Shown one piece after another: positions 7,451 to 14,859 of a stretch of DNA of 27,591 bases (positions within the stretch are counted from its first letter, which is position 1; every line of letters begins with the position of its first letter). The notes under the pieces were generated by a model. It was not told where the DNA came from and did not search any database. It saw nothing but the letters and a program-made list of their open reading frames with translations. This DNA comes from a virus: the UHGV virus genome UHGV-0217794. The stretch is one strand, 5' to 3'. Position numbers and translations under genes: made by a program.

Positions 7451-7480
7451 TTGAGCGTCCAAAACAACGGTATATATAAT
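7451..7480 (+). promoter_or_regulatory. candidate sigma70 promoter for the lipoprotein moron (-35 TTGAGC 7451-7456, -10 TATAAT 7475-7480)
   Basis: Consensus -10 and good -35 with 18-nt spacer, about 30 nt upstream of the GAGG RBS of the lipoprotein gene. Confidence 0.45.
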
Positions 7481-7509
7481 CCTTTACTATATGACATATG
7501 TGAGGAAAA

Positions 7510-7938
7510 ATGGGTTTTCGTAGCGCATCAATTCTTACGTTGATTATTAGTGGGATTATTATCGGGTGCACTGATGCTGTATCGACAAATTATCATGACC
7601 GTACATCATATTACTCCGATAAAGCAATAGAGACACAGTATGTGAGTTCATCTGAACGTACTTCTGATGTTAGTGAGGATATCCGTCTGTATGCCCATCA
7701 AATCAAGAGCGCCATCGAAAAACAGTTCGGGGATGCGAGTAAGTATTCAGGAAAAGAGTGTACACTGAGAATGCATATGGCCCCGAATGGCCTTCTACTG
7801 GAGGTTAAAAGAGAAAGTGGAGACCTCGATTTATGTCGTGAAGCGATGAATGCGATAAAGAATGCTGATATACCTGCCCCCCCTTCGCCGGAAGTATATA
7901 AAGTATTTCAAAATGGGGTGCTGGATTTTAAACCCTGA
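7510..7938 (+). CDS. lipoprotein with TolA domain-III-like C-terminal domain (142 aa)
   Basis: Signal peptide with lipobox IIGC; C-terminal about 85 aa (YAHQIKSAIEKQFGDASKYSGKECTLRMHMAPNGLLLEVKRESGDLDLCREAMNAIKNADIPAPPSPEVYKVFQNGVLDFKP) aligns residue-by-residue with my recollection of the E. coli TolA C-terminus (YAGQIKSAIESKFYDASSYAGKTCTLRIKLAPDGMLLDIKPEGGDPALCQAALAAAKLAKIPKPPSQAVYEVFKNAPLDFKP). Confidence 0.8.
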   Translation: MGFRSASILTLIISGIIIGCTDAVSTNYHDRTSYYSDKAIETQYVSSSERTSDVSEDIRLYAHQIKSAIEKQFGDASKYSGKECTLRMHMAPNGLLLEVKRESGDLDLCREAMNAIKNADIPAPPSPEVYKVFQNGVLDFKP

Positions 7939-8088
7939 TATTTATTGTTTTGTAATAAACGGTTTCGGCTTAGGTTTGTTCTGACACAACTACGGCACTG
8001 AGCTAAATTTAGCGGATAGTCAGCTCTGAGCCAGTGGCGGACGTAACAACTACTATTGCTGAGATTTTAATGGATTGAGGAGCAAGAA

Positions 8089-8484
8089 GTGGGATTAAAG
8101 AAAATCGTTATGTTGACTTTTTGGGTCGGTTTTGTTGCGGGATGCACACCTTTACACCCTTCAGATTGCCACAAAACTACTGCTACAGGTAGTTGCAGTT
8201 CAGGACGCTGGGATGATCAGGATGAATGGGGGGCGCAAGCGCGGGGAATCAGAGCTGCAATTAATGCCAAACTTGATGAGCCGCATAACTGGAAAGGGAA
8301 AAAATGCAGGTTGCATATGGAATTCTCTCAGGATGGCACGGCGTTAAAAATATCTACCAGTAACGGTGATAAAGCCTATTGCGAAGCGATAAAGTCCGCA
8401 GCTCATAAAGCCAAATTTCCGGCCTTCAACAATCCGGAAGTCTACAGAGATTTTCAGAAATCTGGCTTTGACATGCGAGGTTAG
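8089..8484 (+). CDS. second lipoprotein, divergent paralog of the TolA-III-like lipoprotein (131 aa, GTG start)
   Basis: Signal peptide with lipobox VAGC; C-terminus shares the K-C-L ... G ... GD ... C ... A ... A-FP ... VY ... F ... D pattern with the upstream lipoprotein; GAGGAG RBS 6 nt before GTG. Confidence 0.75.
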   Translation: MGLKKIVMLTFWVGFVAGCTPLHPSDCHKTTATGSCSSGRWDDQDEWGAQARGIRAAINAKLDEPHNWKGKKCRLHMEFSQDGTALKISTSNGDKAYCEAIKSAAHKAKFPAFNNPEVYRDFQKSGFDMRG

Positions 8485-8609
8485 CTCTTCAATTACTATA
8501 TCTCATTCATAGCAAACTGACAGATTTGATGATGTTCTATATACGAAACCTGTGATGTCAAGTCTGAGCTAATACAAATAAACATAATATCAGAGAAATA
8601 CATTTTATT

Positions 8610-8632
8610 AGCTCGCTACGGCGAGCTTTTTA
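8610..8632 (+). terminator. intrinsic terminator closing the lipoprotein moron (stem AGCTCGC/GCGAGCT, loop TACG, T-run)
   Basis: Perfect 7-bp hairpin followed by TTTTTAT, read directly. Confidence 0.6.
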
Positions 8633-8735
8633 TATTGCATCGTCTCCAGCATATATATCAATTATGGCTCTGATTGATGTGTCTGGAAGCCTACACATAA
8701 TAACTATGCCATCCGTTCCGTGCGGAGGTGAGGCT

Positions 8736-8951
8736 ATGAAATCCATGGACAAAATTTCAACAGGCATTGCCTACGGCACCTCCGCAGGCAGTGCTGGCTA
8801 CTGGTTTTTACAGCTGCTCGATAAAGTCACGCCCTCACAGTGGGCAGCAATAGGTGTGCTGGGTAGCCTGGTATTTGGCCTGCTGACGTACCTGACAAAC
8901 CTTTATTTCAAGATTAAAGAAGACAGGCGTAAGGCTGAGAGAGGAGAGTAA
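8736..8951 (+). CDS. pinholin, phage 21 S21-like (dual-start MKSMDK motif)
   Basis: [26 protein letters not shown] ... [35 protein letters not shown] closely matches my recollection of S21 (71/68 forms); GGAGGTGAGG RBS. Confidence 0.9.
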   Translation: MKSMDKISTGIAYGTSAGSAGYWFLQLLDKVTPSQWAAIGVLGSLVFGLLTYLTNLYFKIKEDRRKAERGE

Positions 8952-8955
8952 TCCA

Positions 8956-9300
8956 ATGACTCAAGTATACGAACTGGTTGTGAAAGGAGTCCGTAATTTT
9001 GAGAATAAAGTTGCGGTAACTTTAGCCTTACAGGACAAAGAACGCTTTGACGGTGAGATTTTTGACCTTGATATCACTATGGATCGTGTTGAAGGTGCTG
9101 CACTGGAGTTTTATGAGGCAGCAGCCAGAAGGAGAATCAGACAGGTGTTCTTGGATGTTGCTGCCGGGTTATGTGAAGGGGATGAGCAGTCGCCGGAAAA
9201 GCGCCCCATAATTTTAGAGGCGCAGAATGTGTGGATAACCTACAAAGGAAAGCTACCAGGAAGAATTACTGGTTATCTGAAGACTCCGCCGGAATGTTAA
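8956..9300 (+). CDS. hypothetical protein between holin and endolysin (114 aa)
   Basis: ATG 5 nt after the holin stop with AGGAGAG RBS; unknown function; same slot as Qin ydfR but homology not verified. Confidence 0.55.
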   Translation: MTQVYELVVKGVRNFENKVAVTLALQDKERFDGEIFDLDITMDRVEGAALEFYEAAARRRIRQVFLDVAAGLCEGDEQSPEKRPIILEAQNVWITYKGKLPGRITGYLKTPPEC

Positions 9301-9538
9301 TTTTAACAGCATATTTCTCTTCCAGTAATGCCACCAGCCACTTGAAGGAATTTTGTTGTTCCTGGGACCATTTGGGGCTGTGTGATTCAAGCTGGAGCGA
9401 TGCCAGTGTTGGTTGCATTTGTTCCCTGGGAATTGACAATGCCAGATATGAAAATGCGACAGTAAGGGCATTAACATCATCCCGAAGCCTGGAAATGCAG
9501 TCGAGCAACTCCTGAAGAGAAATGGTGTTATTGTCCAT
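9266..9538 (-). CDS. hypothetical reverse-strand protein (90 aa) inside the lysis cassette
   Basis: ATG at 9536-9538 preceded by a strong AAGAGGA Shine-Dalgarno at optimal spacing; convergent with and overlapping the 3' end of the upstream gene by 35 nt. Confidence 0.45.
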   Translation of the reverse strand: MDNNTISLQELLDCISRLRDDVNALTVAFSYLALSIPREQMQPTLASLQLESHSPKWSQEQQNSFKWLVALLEEKYAVKINIPAESSDNQ

Positions 9539-9643
9539 AAATAATCCTCTTGATTGTATTTACCTGTTCTCCGCCTGATTCAACAGGTTGGGACAGATAA
9601 ACATATCCTGGGTTCAGAAATCGATAAATCCTGATAAATATCC

Positions 9644-10177
9644 ATGAACGTAAAAGTCAAATACGGCCTGTCGGCTGCCGTTCTGGCGCTGATTGGTGCT
9701 GGTGCATCTGCTCCCCAGATACTTGACCAGTTTCTGGACGAAAAAGAAGGTAACCACACAATGGCATACCGTGATGGTTCCGGCATATGGACCATCTGTC
9801 GGGGTGCCACAGTGGTGGATGGAAAACCCGTTTTTCCCAATATGAAACTGTCGAAGGAAAAATGCGACCAGGTTAACGCTATTGAGCGTGATAAGGCTCT
9901 GGCATGGGTGGAGCGCAATATTAAAGTACCACTGACCGAACCACAAAAAGCGGGTATCGCGTCATTTTGTCCCTATAACATTGGCCCCGGTAAGTGTTTT
10001 CCGTCGACGTTTTATAAACGGCTGAATGCTGGTGATCGTAAAGGTGCATGCGAGGCGATTCGCTGGTGGATTAAGGACAGGGGGCGTGATTGCCGCATTC
10101 GTTCAAATAACTGTTACGGTCAGGTTATTCGTCGTGATCAGGAGAGCGCGTTAGTGTGCTGGGGGATCGACAGATAA
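9644..10177 (+). CDS. SAR endolysin (lysozyme, T4-lysozyme/R21-like with N-terminal signal-anchor-release domain)
   Basis: N-terminal Gly/Ala-rich weakly hydrophobic segment (GLSAAVLALIGAGASA) followed by a lysozyme-like domain; paired with a pinholin as in phage 21. Confidence 0.88.
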   Translation: MNVKVKYGLSAAVLALIGAGASAPQILDQFLDEKEGNHTMAYRDGSGIWTICRGATVVDGKPVFPNMKLSKEKCDQVNAIERDKALAWVERNIKVPLTEPQKAGIASFCPYNIGPGKCFPSTFYKRLNAGDRKGACEAIRWWIKDRGRDCRIRSNNCYGQVIRRDQESALVCWGIDR

Positions 10178-10272
10178 GCAGAATATTTCTCTGAAAAATG
10201 ACGTTGGCCAACGCGAGTGGATAACACGATATTCGTCATAAATGAATTGAAGTAGTGAATAAGAGCAGAACC

Positions 10273-10300
10273 CCCGATTGCGCGAACAGTCGGGTTTTTT
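10273..10300 (+). terminator. intrinsic terminator inside the lysis cassette (stem CCCGATTG/CAGTCGGG, T6)
   Basis: 8-bp stem with one G-U pair followed by TTTTTTGTGTTT, read directly. Confidence 0.55.
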
Positions 10301-10336
10301 GTGTTTCCTGACTCCGGAAAAGCCAAAGGAGAAAGT

Positions 10337-10474
10337 GTGTTTGATTTTAGCAAACTGATTCGGGAGATTCGAACTATGGTTGAAAAATTATCCACCTGGA
10401 AATTCATTCTTTTCTGGCTGGTGTTTGCGATTATGGCCTCCGGTTATTTCATTGCTCAGATACGCTGGTGGTGA
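10337..10474 (+). CDS. putative small membrane protein (45 aa from GTG, or 32 aa from ATG 10376)
   Basis: AAGGAG RBS just upstream of GTG; one hydrophobic helix ([20 protein letters not shown]); stop 1 nt before the Rz start; below the ORF-track size cutoff. Confidence 0.35.
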   Translation: MFDFSKLIREIRTMVEKLSTWKFILFWLVFAIMASGYFIAQIRWW

Positions 10475-10475
10475 A

Positions 10476-10940
10476 ATGAAACCGGTTCTGTATGCGGTGA
10501 TTGTTATTCTACTGGTGGTCAGTGGTGCGCTGTTGCTGGCAATAGCCCATTACCGCGATAATGCCATCATCTACAAAGAGCAGAGAGATGATGCGAAGAC
10601 AAAACTCAGCCAGGCGAACGCAGCCATTACTGACATGCAGCAGCGCCAGCGTGATGTTACTGCACTCGATGCAAAATACCTGAAGGAATTAGCTGATGCG
10701 AAAGCTGAAAATGATGCTCTTCGTGATGATATTGCCGCTGGTCGTCGTCGGTTGCACATCAGAGCAGTCTGTCAGAGCGTGCGTGAAGCCACCGCCGCCT
10801 CCGGCGTGGGTAATGCAGCCGCCCCCCGACTGGCAGACACCGCTGAACGGGATTATTTCACCCTCAGAGAGCGACTGATAATAATGCAAAAACAACTTGA
10901 AGGGGCACAGCTATACATTCGAGAGCAATGCCTCAGATAA
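10476..10940 (+). CDS. i-spanin Rz
   Basis: N-terminal TM segment then coiled-coil-rich periplasmic domain; contains the embedded +1-frame Rz1 lipoprotein gene; follows the endolysin. Confidence 0.85.
   Translation: MKPVLYAVIVILLVVSGALLLAIAHYRDNAIIYKEQRDDAKTKLSQANAAITDMQQRQRDVTALDAKYLKELADAKAENDALRDDIAAGRRRLHIRAVCQSVREATAASGVGNAAAPRLADTAERDYFTLRERLIIMQKQLEGAQLYIREQCLR
10696..10878 (+). CDS. o-spanin Rz1 (proline-rich outer-membrane lipoprotein embedded in Rz)
   Basis: Signal peptide with lipobox VVGC, PPPPP-rich mature region, fully nested in the Rz gene in the +1 frame. Confidence 0.85.
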   Translation: MRKLKMMLFVMILPLVVVGCTSEQSVRACVKPPPPPAWVMQPPPDWQTPLNGIISPSESD

Positions 10941-11257
10941 AAACCGGCCAAGGATAATCCGCTGAAGATTCGCCGGGGCTAGAGAGAGCCAAAGCTTTAA
11001 TTGACACCATTACTCATAGCAAGGCAATGCATCGTTTTTATGAGGTCAATAGATGCCTGATTTATTTCTGTGCTCCGTATCGTCGCTGTATTCCTTCGTT
11101 AACCATGAGTGTAGTCCGACGGGGAGCACGAGTGTATGGGAATAATAAAAAAAGATACACACCTGGGTTTACCGCTTTTATGCTTCGCGGGTTTGCTCTT
11201 CATGCAGCTAGTCCGGTACAGAGGTGTATGAAACCGGACTGCTGATTTAATTAATTC

Positions 11258-11662
11258 CTATATTAATGGTCTGTTATTTTCAACATCTTCCATGTACAAA
11301 AGATCGTGATCAAACGAATAGTAAAACCTTATGTTTTTATCTATATCTGTAATCCAGCGATAAACACCTGCTTTTGCTAAAGTGAGACGATATTGATGAA
11401 ATGTAGATTTACCTGATATAAGATTTCTGGCTGCTTCTTTAATTAATTCTGGTTTCTTTGATGTGCTAACTTTCACAAGTCCTCTACTGCCTCGAACTAA
11501 TAAAATATTATCATCATGAGTAATTAGTCTTATATTATCAGTAGCCAGATAATAAATATAATGCGCAATATTATGGCGTTTTAATTCGGAGTAAAACCAT
11601 GGGAAGTATAAATTACTTCTAACGTGTTCGAATATCTCTTGAAAAATATCTGCCTGCTCCAT
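11258..11662 (-). CDS. hypothetical protein, reverse-oriented moron at the bor-equivalent locus (134 aa from ATG 11662)
   Basis: Opposite strand to all flanking late genes; visibly AT-rich (not computed); AAGAGGA Shine-Dalgarno upstream of ATG; aromatic-rich sequence with no family I recognise. Confidence 0.6.
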   Translation of the reverse strand: MEQADIFQEIFEHVRSNLYFPWFYSELKRHNIAHYIYYLATDNIRLITHDDNILLVRGSRGLVKVSTSKKPELIKEAARNLISGKSTFHQYRLTLAKAGVYRWITDIDKNIRFYYSFDHDLLYMEDVENNRPLI

Positions 11663-11817
11663 CAGGAAATATCCTCTTGTCACTGCTACTTCTTACCATG
11701 AGCTTAGATAGTTTGCATGATTTGTTCTCTCACATCAATCTGATCCGACCTCATTGAGGTGGGCGTTGTGAATACCTGATAAGAAATGTGGGTCCTCCCA
11801 ATGGGGGAGGCTGGCAC

Positions 11818-11829
11818 GGGGCGGGAGCG
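11818..11829. other. candidate cos (cohesive end) site, cosN-like
   Basis: GGGTCCT ... ACG-GGGCGGGAGCGT-CGCGG resembles the lambda right-end/cosN context (GGGTCCTTTCCGG ... ACG-GGGCGGCGACCT-CGCGG) as I recall it; about 190 bp upstream of the small terminase gene. Confidence 0.4.
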
Positions 11830-12014
11830 TCGCGGAAAAAGGCTAGTTTTTGCATTTCCATGGCGGCGGCAGCATGTTTGGTAATTTATTGATAATTAAA
11901 AGTTATTTCCCTTTTCACCTGTACAATATTTTTTTCTTCCTGTCATTAGACCAGTTTGCAATTAATTGAAATATATAAATAAACCTGATTTTCACCTGCC
12001 AGATGGAGTTGCTT

Positions 12015-12542
12015 ATGTCAAATGTGAGCGGGATCGGTGATGCTTATTACTGGAGTGTTTTTAAAATCGCCGAGGCCTTTGGGCTTCACCGGGACACAGT
12101 AAAAAAACGGCTCCTCGCGGCCAACACTCCTGTGGCTGCGACTGTCAGGGGGAACCCCGTTTACGCCCTGCAGCATGTCGGGCCCGCCCTGTTTAGTGTG
12201 AAGCATGAGGGAGCAGACTCTGTTCATGATCCATCCCGTATGGAGCCGAAAGAGAGAAAGGACTGGTACCAGTCTGAAAATGAAAGGATCAAGCTGGAAA
12301 AGGAGCAGCGAAAACTCATCCCAGTTGATGAAGTAGTCATCGTCTATTCGTCCATGAGAAAGGCTGTCGTCCAGGTTCTGGAGACAATTCCGGATGTTCT
12401 TGAACGCGATTGCGCTCTGACTCCTCAGGCCGTCGGCGTTGTACAGCAGGCCATTGATGACCTGCGATACACTCTTCAGGAAAAATCCTACGAGGCTTGT
12501 GCTGCTGAATTAATTCCTGATGAGGAAGGAGAGAGTCTCTAG
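12015..12542 (+). CDS. terminase small subunit (Nu1-like)
   Basis: About 175-aa protein with N-terminal HTH-like segment, immediately upstream of the large terminase; GGAG RBS; start could alternatively be ATG 12003. Confidence 0.7.
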   Translation: MSNVSGIGDAYYWSVFKIAEAFGLHRDTVKKRLLAANTPVAATVRGNPVYALQHVGPALFSVKHEGADSVHDPSRMEPKERKDWYQSENERIKLEKEQRKLIPVDEVVIVYSSMRKAVVQVLETIPDVLERDCALTPQAVGVVQQAIDDLRYTLQEKSYEACAAELIPDEEGESL

Positions 12543-12550
12543 GAGGAATA

Positions 12551-14650
12551 ATGGGTTTTTCATCAGCCCGAAATTTGGGAAGGGACATATCGGCAGGATT
12601 TTCCCCACCACGTCGCATGCCGATTTCGGAGGCTGTTAAAAAATTCATGCGTGTTCCCAAGGGGGCTGGTAACTCGGTGCCATGGGATCCTGAACTGACA
12701 CCCTACATCATTGAGCCCATGAACTGCCTGGCATCGCGTGAATACGATGCGGTGATTTTTGTTGGTCCTGCGCGAACAGGGAAGACCATTGGTCTGATCG
12801 ATGGATGGATTGTCTATACCATCGTTTGCGATCCTTCGGACATGCTCGTTGTGCAGATGACCGAAGATAAGGCCCGCGAGCATTCTAAAAAGCGCCTCGA
12901 CAGAACGTTCAGAAGCAGTGCGGCGGTAAAGAAAAGAATGAGTCCACGTCGTAACGACAATAATGTCCATGATAAGACGTTCAGGGATGGCTCGTTCCTT
13001 AAAATTGGTTGGCCCTCGGTCAACATTATGTCGTCGTCGGATTACCGGTTTGTCGCCTTAACCGATTACGACCGTTTTCCGGAGAATATCGACAGCGAGG
13101 GTGATGGTTTCTCCCTGGCCTCAAAACGTACCACCACATTTATGTCCGCCGGGATGACTCTGGTGGAGAGCTCGCCGGGACGTGACATCTGCGACAGCAA
13201 ATGGCGACGTAAGTCGCCTCATGAAGCGCCACCGACGACTGGTATTCTTTCCCTTTACAATCGTGGTGACCGCCGCCGCTGGTACTGGCCATGTCCGCAC
13301 TGCGGTGAATATTTTCAGCCAGCTATGGATGCCATGACCGGCTACCGTAATGAACCGGATCCCTTTAAAGCCAGTGAGGCGGCGTATCTACTTTGCCCGC
13401 ACTGCAGCGGCATTATCACTGCGGAGAAAAAGCGTGAGCTCAATAGTGCAGGAGTCTGGTTGCGTGAAGGTCAGGTCATTGATCGTAACGGCAACGTTTC
13501 CGGTGAACCGCGCCGCTCCCGTATCGCCAGTTTCTGGATGGAAGGGCCAGCTGCTGCGTATCAGACCTGGGCGCAACTGGTTTACAAATTACTGACTGCA
13601 GAACAGGAGTATGAAGCGACAGGAAGCGAAGAAACACTCAGGGCGGTTATCAACACCGACTGGGGATTGCCTTATCTTCCTCGTGCCAGCATGGAGCAAC
13701 GAAAAAGTGAACTGCTTGAGCAGCGGGCAGAGCCAGTTCCTTCCTGCAGTGTGCCGGATGGCGTTAATTTCCTTGTGGCGACAGTGGATGTTCAGGCGGG
13801 ACGTCATCGCCGTTTTGTGGTTCAGGTAACTGGCTATGGCAGTCGTGGCGAACGCTGGATTATTGATCGTTACAATATCACGCAGTCATTGCGCAGTGAC
13901 TGCGACGGGGAGAGCCAGCGAATTGATCCGGCCAGCTATCCGGAAGACTGGGATGTCCTGCTGACGGATGTTTTTCATAAAAGCTGGCCGCTGGCCTCCG
14001 ATCCTTCTCAACAAATGCGACTGATGGCAATGGCGGTGGACTCCGGCGGTGAAGACGGGGTCACTGATAATGCCTATAAATTCTGGCGTCGTTGCCGTCG
14101 TGATGGCCTTGGTAAACGTATTTACCTGTTTAAGGGCGACAGCATCCGGCGCGCAAAACTGATCACCCGTACATTCCCTGATAACACCGGACGAACGGGC
14201 CGACGGGCGCAGGCCGCAGGTGATGTGCCGCTCTGGCTTCTTCAGACGGATGCACTGAAAGACCGGGTGAATAACGCGTTATGGCGTGACTCGCCAGGTC
14301 CCGGCTATGTGCATTTCCCTGACTGGCTGGGGAGCTGGTTTTACGACGAACTGACGTATGAAGAGCGGAGCAGTGACGGGAAATGGAGTAAGCCGGGTCG
14401 CGGTGCCAACGAAGCTTTTGACCTGATGGTGTATGCCGAGGCTCTGGTCATTCTGCATGGATACGAAAAGATCCGCTGGCCGGATGCACCGGAGTGGGCG
14501 AGCCGGGAAACCTGGCTGGAGTGTGTCCCGGACAGTACCGAACCGTCACCCTCACCGGAACCGGTATCCACGCCTGTTAAAAAACAAAAACGGAAGAAAA
14601 CAGTAACTGACGATGTTAACCCCTGGCTGACTTCCGGAGGATGGTTATGA
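12551..14650 (+). CDS. terminase large subunit (lambda gpA family)
   Basis: 699-aa protein with Walker-A-like GPARTGKT and a CPHCGEYFQ motif (lambda gpA has CPHCGEEQY); AGGAGGA RBS. Confidence 0.9.
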   Translation: MGFSSARNLGRDISAGFSPPRRMPISEAVKKFMRVPKGAGNSVPWDPELTPYIIEPMNCLASREYDAVIFVGPARTGKTIGLIDGWIVYTIVCDPSDMLVVQMTEDKAREHSKKRLDRTFRSSAAVKKRMSPRRNDNNVHDKTFRDGSFLKIGWPSVNIMSSSDYRFVALTDYDRFPENIDSEGDGFSLASKRTTTFMSAGMTLVESSPGRDICDSKWRRKSPHEAPPTTGILSLYNRGDRRRWYWPCPHCGEYFQPAMDAMTGYRNEPDPFKASEAAYLLCPHCSGIITAEKKRELNSAGVWLREGQVIDRNGNVSGEPRRSRIASFWMEGPAAAYQTWAQLVYKLLTAEQEYEATGSEETLRAVINTDWGLPYLPRASMEQRKSELLEQRAEPVPSCSVPDGVNFLVATVDVQAGRHRRFVVQVTGYGSRGERWIIDRYNITQSLRSDCDGESQRIDPASYPEDWDVLLTDVFHKSWPLASDPSQQMRLMAMAVDSGGEDGVTDNAYKFWRRCRRDGLGKRIYLFKGDSIRRAKLITRTFPDNTGRTGRRAQAAGDVPLWLLQTDALKDRVNNALWRDSPGPGYVHFPDWLGSWFYDELTYEERSSDGKWSKPGRGANEAFDLMVYAEALVILHGYEKIRWPDAPEWASRETWLECVPDSTEPSPSPEPVSTPVKKQKRKKTVTDDVNPWLTSGGWL

Positions 14651-14859
14651 ACCAGAATGATATCGAAGCCATGATTCAGCGTTATACGGAAGCTGAAATG
14701 GCGGTGCTGGACGGAAAATCCGTCACCTTTAATGGTCAGCAGATGACCATGGAAAACTTATCTGAGATCCGGCAGGGACGGCAGGAGTGGGAGCGCCGCC
14801 TTGCGGCTCTGATTACACGACGACGGGGGCATCCCGGGTACCGGCTGGCGAGGTTCTGA
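14647..14859 (+). CDS. head-tail joining protein (lambda gpW-like)
   Basis: About 70-aa protein ending RRRGHPGYRLARF (lambda W ends RRRGPAGFYV); overlaps the terminase stop. Confidence 0.8.
   Translation: MNQNDIEAMIQRYTEAEMAVLDGKSVTFNGQQMTMENLSEIRQGRQEWERRLAALITRRRGHPGYRLARF

Noticed and set aside
7510-8484. Shiga toxin stxAB, suggested by the position (downstream of Q and ileZ/arg-type tRNAs, upstream of the holin)
   Set aside because: The two ORFs are lipoproteins of 142 and 131 aa with TolA-III-like C-termini. StxA is about 315 aa and StxB about 89 aa with Sec signal peptides, and neither ORF resembles them.
10138-10407. 89-aa reverse-strand ORF spanning the endolysin-Rz gap
   Set aside because: Weak RBS, runs antisense through the intrinsic terminator hairpin and the endolysin 3' end, and the product is low-complexity. 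The plus-strand terminator plus small ORF is the more economical reading.
11203-11240. Hairpin GTCCGGT-N15-ACCGGAC as terminator of the minus-strand moron or of the lysis operon
   Set aside because: No proper U-tract on either strand (only tgctgattt on plus), so it cannot be called an intrinsic terminator from sequence alone.
11027-11245. 72-aa plus-strand ORF after Rz
   Set aside because: No ribosome-binding site, Cys/Arg-rich low-complexity product, and it overlaps a hairpin region; more likely non-coding 3' UTR of the lysis operon.
11258-11662. Confident assignment of the bor-locus moron as a HEPN nuclease
   Set aside because: A single R-x4-H motif near the N-terminus is far too little evidence; kept as an unknown-function moron with HEPN only a hypothesis to test.
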